A stretch of DNA of 64,000 nucleotides, taken from NCBI GenBank assembly GCA_000004985.1, contig GG738923.1. One strand, written 5' to 3'. This document shows positions 37,497-47,119 of the stretch, in pieces. Positions within the stretch are counted from its first letter, which is position 1; each line of letters opens with the position of its first letter. The notes under the pieces are model-generated. The model did no database searches. It was given only the letters and a program-made list of their open reading frames with translations, and had not been told where the DNA came from. The DNA is from Naegleria gruberi. Lineage: Eukaryota. The position numbers and the translations under genes were made by a program.

Positions 37497-37735
37497 GTGT
37501 TAAGCTGTTTTGTTTTTTTAAATTGGAAAATTTGTTTTTCAGCGATTCTAGCGTGCAAATTCACGCGCAAGCTAATTGAAAGGCCCAACTTGTGTTACAC
37601 ATCAGAATATTTTTTGAATCTTTTGTTTACAATCAAGTTTTTAATGAGCGCTGTAAAAGTGATGTTAGCTAGAAATGGAAAGATAAATAATTTGGTAAGC
37701 CACAGCCATACAACAATGATTTTGGACTGACAACA

Positions 37736-38569
37736 TTAATAATTATAGGGTGAGAAAGAAAAAACGGCACCTTTGCAAAGTTTAAAGGATGGATCTTCTC
37801 TTGATATTACAAATGGATTTTGAGATGATTTTGAAATTCTTGGAATCCATGAGACATGAACACCAAATGCTCTGGAGCATCCATTGGAATATTTTGTAAT
37901 CTCTAATGCTGAGTTAAAGTTGGATTTCTTGTAATAAATCAATCCTTGGCAGTTGTTACTGGTACAATAGGAAAAGCCATCATTTGAAATTTTGATTAAT
38001 ACTTCATGAGAGGAAATGAGTGGGAGAGTAATACTTGGTGAACAAAACAGGAAATAAACAAGTGAGATTCCAATTGATTTCAATTCTGCTATGTAACTGT
38101 GAATATAATCGTCCAATTTGGCTAGTCCAATAAGTGTTAAAGAAATGAAATAGTTCACTTTCAATTGGGAACATGTCATTAATGAATCTTCTTGGTTATC
38201 GTTCTGTGTAACGACCCATTGTAAATTATCCAAATAATAAAATTGTTTTAAAAAGGAAATTGCAGATGTTGAATTTCTCAAATATAAATCCATTCGAAAC
38301 TTGTTCCAATCCTTCTTCTCCACAAGTGCAAGATCATTTAATTGTACATATCCTTTACGTAATTCATTTGATGTTATATGTTCGATCCGATCGGGTCTTG
38401 GAGCATTCCTAAACCTTTCCGATAATACACGTTTTTGTAATCTTGTAATTGTTTTTTTCCAAGTTTTGTTCACTCTCTTGAATTTCCACTGATAGAAGTA
38501 TGGAATGAATCCAAGAATGATATCTAATAAATCATCATAAATGTAAAACTCTAGTTGATCTTGTTGCAT
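37736..38569 (-). CDS. Unknown protein with an F-box-like N-terminus.
   Basis: 277-aa ORF. Its N-terminus (LLDIILGFIPYFYQWKFKRVNKTWKK) is F-box-like. Confidence 0.3.
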   Translation of the reverse strand: MQQDQLEFYIYDDLLDIILGFIPYFYQWKFKRVNKTWKKTITRLQKRVLSERFRNAPRPDRIEHITSNELRKGYVQLNDLALVEKKDWNKFRMDLYLRNSTSAISFLKQFYYLDNLQWVVTQNDNQEDSLMTCSQLKVNYFISLTLIGLAKLDDYIHSYIAELKSIGISLVYFLFCSPSITLPLISSHEVLIKISNDGFSYCTSNNCQGLIYYKKSNFNSALEITKYSNGCSRAFGVHVSWIPRISKSSQNPFVISREDPSFKLCKGAVFSFSPYNY

Positions 38570-38759
38570 TTTTTTTAAAATCTAAAAAGGGAATTTCAAA
38601 ATGTAAATTCTGAAATGTTTTTGAAAATCCATCATTTAAAATTCGCTCTCAAAAAGTTGTCATAAAATTACAACACTCAAGTCTTGTCTTCTTGGTTGGG
38701 CCACAATTTCACATAATATATTATATATTTCACATAAACAATTTTCAGTGCTGTAAAGA

Positions 38760-39986
38760 CTACTGAACAGTACATTTCTTCTCCTTGTGGTTCTTGTTTG
38801 TTTCAATTTTTTGTGGGTTTTCCAAAATGTGCAAATGAGTATGTGTCAATAATCCAAGTCTCTTATCGAAATCAATTGTTCCTTCGCCTGTTTTTGCACT
38901 TGTTTCAATAAACGAGACAGCTCCTATTGCTTTTGTAAATTCAATTCCTTCCTCTTTTGAAATTGGTTCATCAACAGTAGTAGAATAAAACAAACTATTC
39001 CAGTAGAGTGAATCTTTGAGATCGTTCTTTGTGGAAACAACAACAAATGTAGCGGTAGGAGCACCAAGAGTGCATTCCCACATCAAATGCTCAACTAAAT
39101 ATTTCAAACTTGAAAAATCATTGATGGCATAGTTCATTGTAAAAAGATTTGTCTGAGGATAAGAAAGTGGTCGCAATCTATCATAATCTTCTCCACCTGC
39201 TGTGTCCCAATATGCAACAGAAAAATCTGCTTGAGTTTCAATACCATCTACTATGCACTGTACATGCTCCGTTTTTACAAAACTGTCAAATACAGTTGGT
39301 GTGTAATCTTGAGGAAAGGAATGATACCCAACCCTATTCAAGAGACAAGTTTTTCCAACAAATGTAGCACCCATAGAAACCCATTTGAGATAATGATAAC
39401 CGGTTATTGGTTGACTTTTTGGTTCTAATCTCAGTGGTTCTTGGAGAGGTGTTTGAATGGATGACTCTTCAATAAATATTTGTTGAGCAATTCTCTTTCT
39501 TATAATACTTTCACATTTAGTATTTTTAAAAGTACCATTCTCTAGGGCTATTTTTGAAATATTATCACTAATTGATCTAATATATGATATTCTCTTTTGT
39601 CTCTTTTCTTGGAAAACTTTCCAATTATTTTCATCAATTCTCTTCCAAATTTCCTTGATGAATCGAAATCGGTAATTTCCTTCTGTTTCTTTCCATCCAA
39701 TTTTCGTACACAAAACATTGTTAATTAATTCCATCTTGTTATTGATTAAATCTTTCCAAAACCAATCACTCCACGAATAAATCATCAAACATTTTCCGAA
39801 ATTAATTGTATTGATCAAAGTTTGATTATAAAATTCGTTTTGAATTTCCTCAGATTGTGGACGATAGAATAAACTGGCCAAACCATTTAATTCTACCCGA
39901 GAGAGAAACTCCAAAATATAGAGCATTACATTTTGATCGAGTTTGTTAATAGATGAAAAGAGTTCCTTCTCTGTTGATCGTTTCAT
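38760..39986 (-). CDS. F-box-like N-terminal domain fused to a divergent Rho-family small GTPase domain.
   Basis: N-terminus: MLYILEFLSRVELNGLASLFYR. The C-terminal half is a Rho/Rac-like G domain: KWVSMGATFVGKTCLL (G1), TPTVFDSF (switch I), YWDTAGGEDYDRLRPLSYPQT (G3, with Gly in place of the catalytic Gln), VVSTKNDL (G4), ETSAKT (G5). Confidence 0.6.
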   Translation of the reverse strand: MKRSTEKELFSSINKLDQNVMLYILEFLSRVELNGLASLFYRPQSEEIQNEFYNQTLINTINFGKCLMIYSWSDWFWKDLINNKMELINNVLCTKIGWKETEGNYRFRFIKEIWKRIDENNWKVFQEKRQKRISYIRSISDNISKIALENGTFKNTKCESIIRKRIAQQIFIEESSIQTPLQEPLRLEPKSQPITGYHYLKWVSMGATFVGKTCLLNRVGYHSFPQDYTPTVFDSFVKTEHVQCIVDGIETQADFSVAYWDTAGGEDYDRLRPLSYPQTNLFTMNYAINDFSSLKYLVEHLMWECTLGAPTATFVVVSTKNDLKDSLYWNSLFYSTTVDEPISKEEGIEFTKAIGAVSFIETSAKTGEGTIDFDKRLGLLTHTHLHILENPQKIETNKNHKEKKCTVQ

Positions 39987-40003
39987 TTTTTTGATGAGTT
40001 TAT

Positions 40004-41254
40004 TTAGTAAACAGGGCCACCAAAGCTATTAGAAATGATGGAAAGGCACTTTCGAAGACCAGGTGGAATAGTTGCAGATCCCTTTCTACAACTTTCCACC
40101 TTGATATGCATCTTGTCTACTTTGAATAATAGTGGTACCTCGACTCCATTTTTCATTCCTATTGTTGTAATGCACTGAGAGAGGAAGTTGTGTTCGTCAT
40201 TTGAAACAATTTTCATAGCATCAATAATCTCAGCATAAGAGTCAGACTTCCATTTTAGATTGGTGATTTCATCCATTTTGTAAACAGTTCCGAATGAGAC
40301 ACCTTCCTCACTTGATTTCTTTCTCCACATACTATGAGGGGATGGCCTGAAATGAGATTTGAGAAGTTCCATAACCTTAGAAGGATTGCTTAATTTGATG
40401 AGTGCTCCATTCTGTTGCTCAGGAATCAAGTCTCTAATTGTTATTTCATCAGGAATATTTGAATCAATATCTCTAACATCTAGAAATGAACCATGATCCA
40501 ACAAAGGAACCTCTCTTTTTGTGACAGGAATGGTGTAATTTTCGTACTTGTTTGATAATTGCTTAGAGCAGAATGGCCAAGTTATAAAAGCCTTCTTCAA
40601 TTCTTCATGATGTATGCAATGAGATCTTCTGTGTTTACAAGTATAGCCTACATCTCCCTTGACTTGATTTTCAGGAGTGAATTCTACAATCTTTAAATCA
40701 AACTTGATATCTCCATTGACATTCTTTAGTATTCTCGCAAATTTCTGCCATTCAAGACCTTCTAGCCTTTTCTTCTCATAATCTCCAAAGTTTTTAGCCA
40801 ATTTTACACTATTCTTGCAATTTATCTTGACTTTGATTCCATTAATCAATGTAACTTCAGGGGTTATCATTGTCTTGTTGATGTTTGGCTTTGTTGATTT
40901 GGCTACCTTCTCCTTTAAGGTTTCAGCCATAGATAGAACAGGCTTGATTCGATGATGATATTGATCAGTAGCCTCCCTTTGACTTGAATGATCCTTAGCC
41001 TTTAAAGTAGTCTTACTATTCTCAATGTTTGATTTTGTTATGGTGGTTCTTTGAGCCATTTTTTTTAGGTTGTTTTTTGAATTGTGACTTCCATCAGAAA
41101 TTTCAAAACTTTGATCGACAAAATGTTTTGCTTTTAGGACGGTTGAGAGTGATATTGAAGAAACGTGATTGGATGCCCTGAATAGCAGAGACATGTTCAA
41201 AACGTATCGGAGACCAAGATGAAGGTTAACCTTGTGAATTCCCAACCCTTGCAT
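40004..41254 (-). CDS. Unknown protein (416-aa ORF).
   Basis: Long ORF with no recognisable motif. The N-terminal portion is serine-rich and may belong to an upstream exon structure. Confidence 0.3.
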   Translation of the reverse strand: MQGLGIHKVNLHLGLRYVLNMSLLFRASNHVSSISLSTVLKAKHFVDQSFEISDGSHNSKNNLKKMAQRTTITKSNIENSKTTLKAKDHSSQREATDQYHHRIKPVLSMAETLKEKVAKSTKPNINKTMITPEVTLINGIKVKINCKNSVKLAKNFGDYEKKRLEGLEWQKFARILKNVNGDIKFDLKIVEFTPENQVKGDVGYTCKHRRSHCIHHEELKKAFITWPFCSKQLSNKYENYTIPVTKREVPLLDHGSFLDVRDIDSNIPDEITIRDLIPEQQNGALIKLSNPSKVMELLKSHFRPSPHSMWRKKSSEEGVSFGTVYKMDEITNLKWKSDSYAEIIDAMKIVSNDEHNFLSQCITTIGMKNGVEVPLLFKVDKMHIKVESCRKGSATIPPGLRKCLSIISNSFGGPVY

Positions 41255-42295
41255 GGGTTGTTGAATACAATATGTTATCCTGAGTTCTCAACCTCTAAAA
41301 ACCTCTCTGATTGTGAGACTATACAAGCTATTATTCTATACAACAATCACTGGTGATGTTGATATTAAATATTTTGATGATGGTGAAAACAACTATTTCA
41401 ATGATGAAGGCAAGCCTTTGGATTTTCGCGCCATTTTTTAAATTTGTTAATTTTAAAAAAGTCTTAAAAACAAGAAACAACACTCATTTTCATATCATCA
41501 TGAAATATTAATAATTTAATGATCGGATTATTGTTGGTATTATTTGTATGTACAAGAGGAGGATTAATGGATAGATTACATGGATTTAAAAATTTGCAAA
41601 ATATAATACATTGCAAAGGCAACTCGAACATAATTTGGTGATTGGAGCATGGCTTTGGCCAATGGAAGATTATACTTGTTACAACTCTTAGGGTCTAATT
41701 GCCCCAGCTGATAGCAGTAATCACTCAGGAACTGTATTGTATCTGCACGGTATTTGTGAAAGTCATTCACATTGGTCCAGTTGCTCTGAACTGTTTCTTT
41801 CCATTCCTTGTAGGAGATCGAATCAATAGTATAGAACAATTGGCCAAACTTGCATGGCTCATCGAAGAAGGAAGCATCAAAGAATAGACTCATGTTAGCT
41901 TTTAAGTAGGAGGTGTTGTGCTGTTTTTTTGTATCGCCTTTCTAGCAGAGGAGCAAATATTTTTGAATTATTTTTGCACGTTTGGAACGCACAAACAAAA
42001 TTGTTTTGGAGATTTTTGAGTTTGTGTAATTATTGTTGCTTGTAATGTATTGGATTCCAAACTCTAACAATCTATCTGCAAGTTACAATGGAAACTTGTT
42101 TGATTTGCTTCAAAACAATTGTGAATTAATTTTGTGAACTTGTGCCATTTCCATATATTTTAGAATCTAAACTTTGGGAAGATGAGATAAATGTTATCCA
42201 TGATTGATTAAAAATTTTATGAGCAAATCCAATATTTAGAATAATATACAATTTATAGTTTTCACACAGTTAGAAAAATTTTGAGATTTGTAAAA

Positions 42296-43380
42296 TTACA
42301 ATCCTAAAAGTTGTTTCTTCTTGAGTTGGAATTCTCTTTCAGTGATAATTCCCTTGTCTCTTAAATTACCAAGCTTTTCCAATTCATCCAAATTTGATCC
42401 AGAACTTGATTTGCTTGATGTTGAAGTTGATGGTTTGATTTTAACAACTTCATTCGAGATGGAACGACCAGTGTCGTGCTTGATTGAACCACCAGTTTGT
42501 TGAGAGAAGACTCTTGAATCTCCAGTATTATTGACCTTAACAACTTCATGTGAAATGGAACGACCAGTGTCGTGTTTGACAGATCCTCCTGTTTGTTGTG
42601 AGAAAACTCTTGAATCACCAGTGTTATTCACTTTAACAACCTCCTTTGAGATTGATCTTCCAGTATCATGCTTAACAGATCCACCAGTTTGTTGTGAGAC
42701 AGCTCTAGAATCTCCAGTACTCTTGACCTTAACAACTTCATTAGAAATTGATCTTCCAGTATCATGTTTAACTGAAGCAGCTCCAAATTGTTGACCAACT
42801 TCAGCATTTGCTTGTCTCAATTGTCTTTCAGTAAATTCAATTTCCTTCTTATCAGAAATCTTCAATCCCAAAGTAGGTAAATTATATCCAACTCTCTTCT
42901 GAACAACTGATCCAAAACTATATAAGGCCATAATTACGAGTGGAATGTTTTTTCCCTCATATAAATCAACACTCATAAATGTGTTATGAGTATCTAAACC
43001 TAATTCTGCAGCTGCCTTCAAGAAATAACCAATATTCTCCATACACATGAATGGCATCTTACCAGAGTTGATGGTTTTCACAATTCCTGGTTTAATCTTG
43101 TTGGCAAGTTTACATAATAAAACGCCATCTTTGAGTGATTCTTGAAAGTCGTTGGAGGAGAATTTGGTGCCAGTGACTGCTTCGATCCATTGTCTGACTT
43201 CTTTTTCTTTCTGTGGATCGTGTTTTCCTGCTTGTTTTTTGGCCTTTCGTATAGTTTTAGTTTTTTAGGTTGGAAAGAGAAAGAAACTTACTAATTCCTT
43301 GTCTAAACCGTAGACTGGTAAACCATTCTTATCATGAACGGTTGCTTGGCTTTTGTTGGTGTAGTGAGACATTTGGTGTA
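42296..43380 (-). CDS. Calponin-homology (CH) domain protein with four tandem 32-aa repeats and a SHOCT-like C-terminal motif. It has one or two introns at its 5' end (about 43082..43300).
   Basis: The CH domain reads ...KIKPGIVKTINSGKMPFMCMENIGYFLKAAAELGLD...NIPLVIMALYSFGS (compare calponin/transgelin LENIGNFIKA). Upstream in-frame exon sequence (KAKKQAGKHDPQKEKEVRQWIEAVTG...) lies on the minus strand at 43100-43260. The repeats are VKHDTGRSISNEVVKVxxTGDSRxxSQQTGGS, four copies. The C-terminus is LDELEKLGNLRDKGIITEREFQLKKKQLL. Confidence 0.55.
42437..42790. repeat. Four tandem copies of a 96-bp coding repeat inside the CH-domain gene.
   Basis: The unit ttaacaacttcat..gaacgaccagtgtcgtg..ccagtttgttg..gaatctccagt recurs with period 96 at about 90% identity. 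Confidence 0.8.
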
Positions 43381-43634
43381 TTTTTTTTGTTGATTTTTGA
43401 CGTTGAAGTATGACAGGACTTTTACTTGATGACAAGTTAATCGGATTTTTCACACTACGGTTTTTGATTTGAGCAAAATCTTCACCCATCTTTATCAAAA
43501 AACTGTTCACAAGATCTGTAAGTGAAAAAATTATCAATTTACTTTTTAGTAAATTGATAAAAATTGATAATTGAACATATTCATCATCTGAAAACTTAAT
43601 TCTATGAGAAGATGAATTTCTATTTTACAAGAAA

Positions 43635-44297
43635 ATGCAACGAGTATTCATTCCCTTCATTGTTGGTTTGTTCTGTTTATTTGTAACTATTCGAAAGGTT
43701 TCTGGAAACAATTCAAACTTTGAGAATTATTCGAAAGTTGAAGATGTAAAACTTCCATTGAATTGTAGTACTAGCATGTCAGTTGTGTTTCCAACTGAAT
43801 TGTTATTGCAATCTTTCTTACATGAAAAACATTCGAATAGCAACTTTACTTCTCTTTGGATAAATTTCATGATCGCCTCGAAAAGGGAAGGAATCGAATT
43901 GGCAGAATTTGGATTAAACTCTCAAAATTCGAATCAAGAATTTCTCTCCTTAATGCAAGAAATGAAAAATAACGCAACCGAAACCAAAACTAAACTAGAA
44001 GAATTACTTTTCACTCTAAATTTACCTACAATGAATGAAATGCAAGCACTAGTCTATGGAAACGATTGTTCTCTAAGGGCAGTTCCATTAGATTCCATTC
44101 GAGGTCCATGCGATTTACTCTTCATTTCAATTCATCGTATGTCCATGACCAAAACCATGAATCTTATGGTTATGGCATTGAACGGAGTTGACCAAAGAGT
44201 TGTTTCGATTGCTTACAATGAATTGATTACTTCTTCAAAAACAATTGGTAAACTTTTGCAGTTATCCAAAAGTTTACAATGTTATCAAACTTTGTAA
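43635..44297 (+). CDS. Secreted 4-Cys protein, paralogue A of a tandem pair. Novel family.
   Basis: Signal peptide MQRVFIPFIVGLFCLFVTI. Shares a conserved core with the next gene: KLPLNCSTSMSVVFP, NDCSLRA, RGPCD, IAYNEL. Confidence 0.5.
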   Translation: MQRVFIPFIVGLFCLFVTIRKVSGNNSNFENYSKVEDVKLPLNCSTSMSVVFPTELLLQSFLHEKHSNSNFTSLWINFMIASKREGIELAEFGLNSQNSNQEFLSLMQEMKNNATETKTKLEELLFTLNLPTMNEMQALVYGNDCSLRAVPLDSIRGPCDLLFISIHRMSMTKTMNLMVMALNGVDQRVVSIAYNELITSSKTIGKLLQLSKSLQCYQTL

Positions 44298-44457
44298 GAA
44301 GTATTGTAAGGAGAAACAAGGAGTTTCGAATATAAAGTTCCAATTGTAACTCTTTTTTAACATTATTTATGGTATTTTCTATTTTGAAACTTGGTGTTTT
44401 TGCACATTGTTCATTTTGAGTATGTTTTGAAATCCAAATAAATTCTCAAACTTTGAC

Positions 44458-45147
44458 TTGCTATTCGAAACACACAAGAAAATGAAAATAATTCTCATTG
44501 CAACCTGTCTCCTTCTTGGAGCCATCCTTGTTTCCTGCCAGCAACAACAACAACAAGGTACTGATCAAACAAGCTCAACCTCTTCCAATCAATCCAACGA
44601 TATCAAACTTCCATTGAATTGCAGCACCAGCATGTCAGTAGTCTTTCCAGCAGAAATAATTCTACAAGCCTATCTTGAAAGTGACACTGCCAATGTTACA
44701 GCTCTTTGGCTCAATATCATGCTAGCTTCCCAAAAACAAGGTGCCTCACTCACTCAATCAGCCATTTCCAAATATTCCTCCAATTCTCAATTAGTTTCAC
44801 TTTTACAAGAATTGAATGCAAACATGACTCAAATGGAACAACAACTTTCTGGATTATTCTCATCTTTGCAATTGCAACAATTACCTGACATTCAAAATCT
44901 TACCTATGGTGATGATTGTTCATTGAGAGCTGCTACAGTTGATAATTTGAGAGGTCCATGTGATTTTATATTTGTCTTGATTCATAGAATGGCAATGGCA
45001 AAGGTTGTTAACTTGTTGGCCATTTCTGAAGGTGATATTAATCAACAAGTTGGTGATATTGCTTACAATGAATTGGTCAATTCATCCAATACTATTGAAA
45101 AATTATTGCAAATTGCAAAGGCATCCAATTGCTATGCCCAACAATAA
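44458..45147 (+). CDS. Secreted 4-Cys protein, paralogue B of the tandem pair.
   Basis: Signal peptide MKIILIATCLLLGAILVSC. About 40-45% identical to 43635..44297, with the four Cys conserved. Confidence 0.5.
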   Translation: MLFETHKKMKIILIATCLLLGAILVSCQQQQQQGTDQTSSTSSNQSNDIKLPLNCSTSMSVVFPAEIILQAYLESDTANVTALWLNIMLASQKQGASLTQSAISKYSSNSQLVSLLQELNANMTQMEQQLSGLFSSLQLQQLPDIQNLTYGDDCSLRAATVDNLRGPCDFIFVLIHRMAMAKVVNLLAISEGDINQQVGDIAYNELVNSSNTIEKLLQIAKASNCYAQQ

Positions 45148-45254
45148 ACAGCATCTGATTGTTCAATTCACCATTTTTCATACCTGCCCAATATCTCATT
45201 TTACAGTAATGATCCTGCGCTTGTTCCAAATAAAATACTCCAACCCTTTTATAT

Positions 45255-46928
45255 TTGTTCACACTACGGATTCCTTGGTCCGCATTTGCATTCTTTCCGT
45301 ACTTTATTTTTTTTCCAAGTGAATCTTCACTTCAATTGCAGCATGTCCATACCTTACGCATTACCTTACGCCATTTATTAGAATGTCAATTTAATCTTCT
45401 TAAATACCAACACAACATTCTCACTCCTTATTCCTCTAATTTCGAAATTCAAGTCAAAAAAATCCAATCAACTGCAGACGACCTCAAGTTTACAAGCAAT
45501 AACAACAACTTTCAATTTATTCGCACAATATTACATAGCATGAAAAATTTCAAACAATCCCGCGCTTCTTTTTCTTCCTTGATTGCTTCAACAACATCAA
45601 ACACAACACGCACCAATGTTGTTAGTTCTGCTGCTGCTGTTGGTAGCAAGAGAAATATCTTGACTATTCAAAATAGGCTTCCGATTCTTTTAAACAATAA
45701 GAAAAATCAAACATCCACAACATTATCATCAGTATTGATAAACAATATTATCAATAACAGCAATAACAAGTATTACTACAACTACTCGACAACAACACAC
45801 TTTCCAAGAGGAGCTTCCACTCGTTTGCAAACAACATCTTCCGAAGATTCTTGCCATCATACAATTATAACTACAATCATGTCTTCTTCTGCAGATCAAC
45901 AACATCATCACGAACATAATGGCCAATGCTGTGGTGGAAATCATCAACAAGCACAACACTTGACTGTTAACGATGTATCACCTAACACTCTTTCTGGTGA
46001 TGAATCAGAATTCAATTCGGGATCCTCTCATAACACAAAGAAGAAAGTCTCTGGTATTAGTATTAAGAAGAAATCATCTACTTCATCATTGGGTGAAGCA
46101 GGTTGTTCCCATCAAATTGATTATAGTCAACTTAGTGCTGCTAATAATCAAAATCCAAATCTTTCTCGTCCAGAACCATCTGATCCTAATGTTTCTTACA
46201 CCATTGAAGGTTTATTACAAAAGAAACCAGCTGGTATTAATGTACCTATTCAATTCGAAGAAGAATTCACTGAAGAAGAACTTGTTGCTCAACAAAGTTA
46301 TGAAAAGTTGTTGAATAACAATAAGGAATTTGTTTCAGACAAGTTGGGTTCTGATCCTGACTTTTTCAATAGAATCAAGGATGTTCAAAAACCAGATTAC
46401 ATGTTAATTGGTTGCAGTGACAGTCGTGTACCTCCTGATCAATTGACCAAGACCCAACCAGGTCAAATTTTCATTCACAGAAATGTTGCCAACTTGGTTG
46501 TCAATACTGATGTTAATGCCATGTCAGTTTTACAATATGCTGTTGAAGTTTTGCAAGTTAAACACGTCATTGTTATGGGTCACACTCGTTGTGGTGGTGT
46601 TATGGCTGCTTTGACAAACAAGCATTTGGGTTTAATTGACCACTGGTTGAGAAATATTAAGGATGTTTATCGTCTCCACAAGGCAGAAGTTGATGCCATT
46701 GAGGATAAGGATAAAAAGATCCACCGTATGATTGAACTCAATATTATTGAACAAACTCTCAATCTCTGTAAGACTAGTGTTGTACAAAATGCTTGGGCCA
46801 AGGGAAGAACATTACACGTCCATGGTTGGTTGTGTGATATTGAAACTGGTCTCATTAAGGACTTGGAAATTGAAGAAAAGCGTTGGAAGGAAATTGAAAG
46901 CATTTACAAATACGATTTTGAACTCTAA
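45255..46928 (+). CDS. Beta-class carbonic anhydrase. The catalytic domain is C-terminal and follows a long low-complexity (N/S/T/H/Q-rich) N-terminal region. The true start is uncertain.
   Basis: Beta-CA motifs: CSDSRVPPDQ and HTRCGGV. The catalytic domain spans roughly 46200..46928. The upstream 300 aa are in frame and low-complexity, and an internal Met start is possible. Confidence 0.6.
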   Translation: MFTLRIPWSAFAFFPYFIFFPSESSLQLQHVHTLRITLRHLLECQFNLLKYQHNILTPYSSNFEIQVKKIQSTADDLKFTSNNNNFQFIRTILHSMKNFKQSRASFSSLIASTTSNTTRTNVVSSAAAVGSKRNILTIQNRLPILLNNKKNQTSTTLSSVLINNIINNSNNKYYYNYSTTTHFPRGASTRLQTTSSEDSCHHTIITTIMSSSADQQHHHEHNGQCCGGNHQQAQHLTVNDVSPNTLSGDESEFNSGSSHNTKKKVSGISIKKKSSTSSLGEAGCSHQIDYSQLSAANNQNPNLSRPEPSDPNVSYTIEGLLQKKPAGINVPIQFEEEFTEEELVAQQSYEKLLNNNKEFVSDKLGSDPDFFNRIKDVQKPDYMLIGCSDSRVPPDQLTKTQPGQIFIHRNVANLVVNTDVNAMSVLQYAVEVLQVKHVIVMGHTRCGGVMAALTNKHLGLIDHWLRNIKDVYRLHKAEVDAIEDKDKKIHRMIELNIIEQTLNLCKTSVVQNAWAKGRTLHVHGWLCDIETGLIKDLEIEEKRWKEIESIYKYDFEL

Positions 46929-47119
46929 GTTATTAAAACCCTGTACATATACCACCACCATTATATAAATTATTAAATTTTGCTATTAATTGTATTGTGA
47001 AATGTTTTTTATTGACATTATTATTGACATTTCTATGAAAATTAAAGAATTGAGGAGAAGATAATGACAATTCCTAAACAAGATTTTATTGGAATATTTA
47101 AAGTTCAATGACAGTTGTC

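Noticed and set aside
41576-41893. ORF of 105 aa (-) with an oppositely oriented 62-aa ORF overlapping it
   Set aside because: It is possibly a real small gene. With no homology or signal peptide, I left it unannotated.
46950-47110. AT-rich stretch with short direct repeats (ttattgacatt x2) that could mark a transposon terminus
   Set aside because: It is too short, with no target-site duplication or matching inverted terminus. It is consistent with an ordinary 3' intergenic region.
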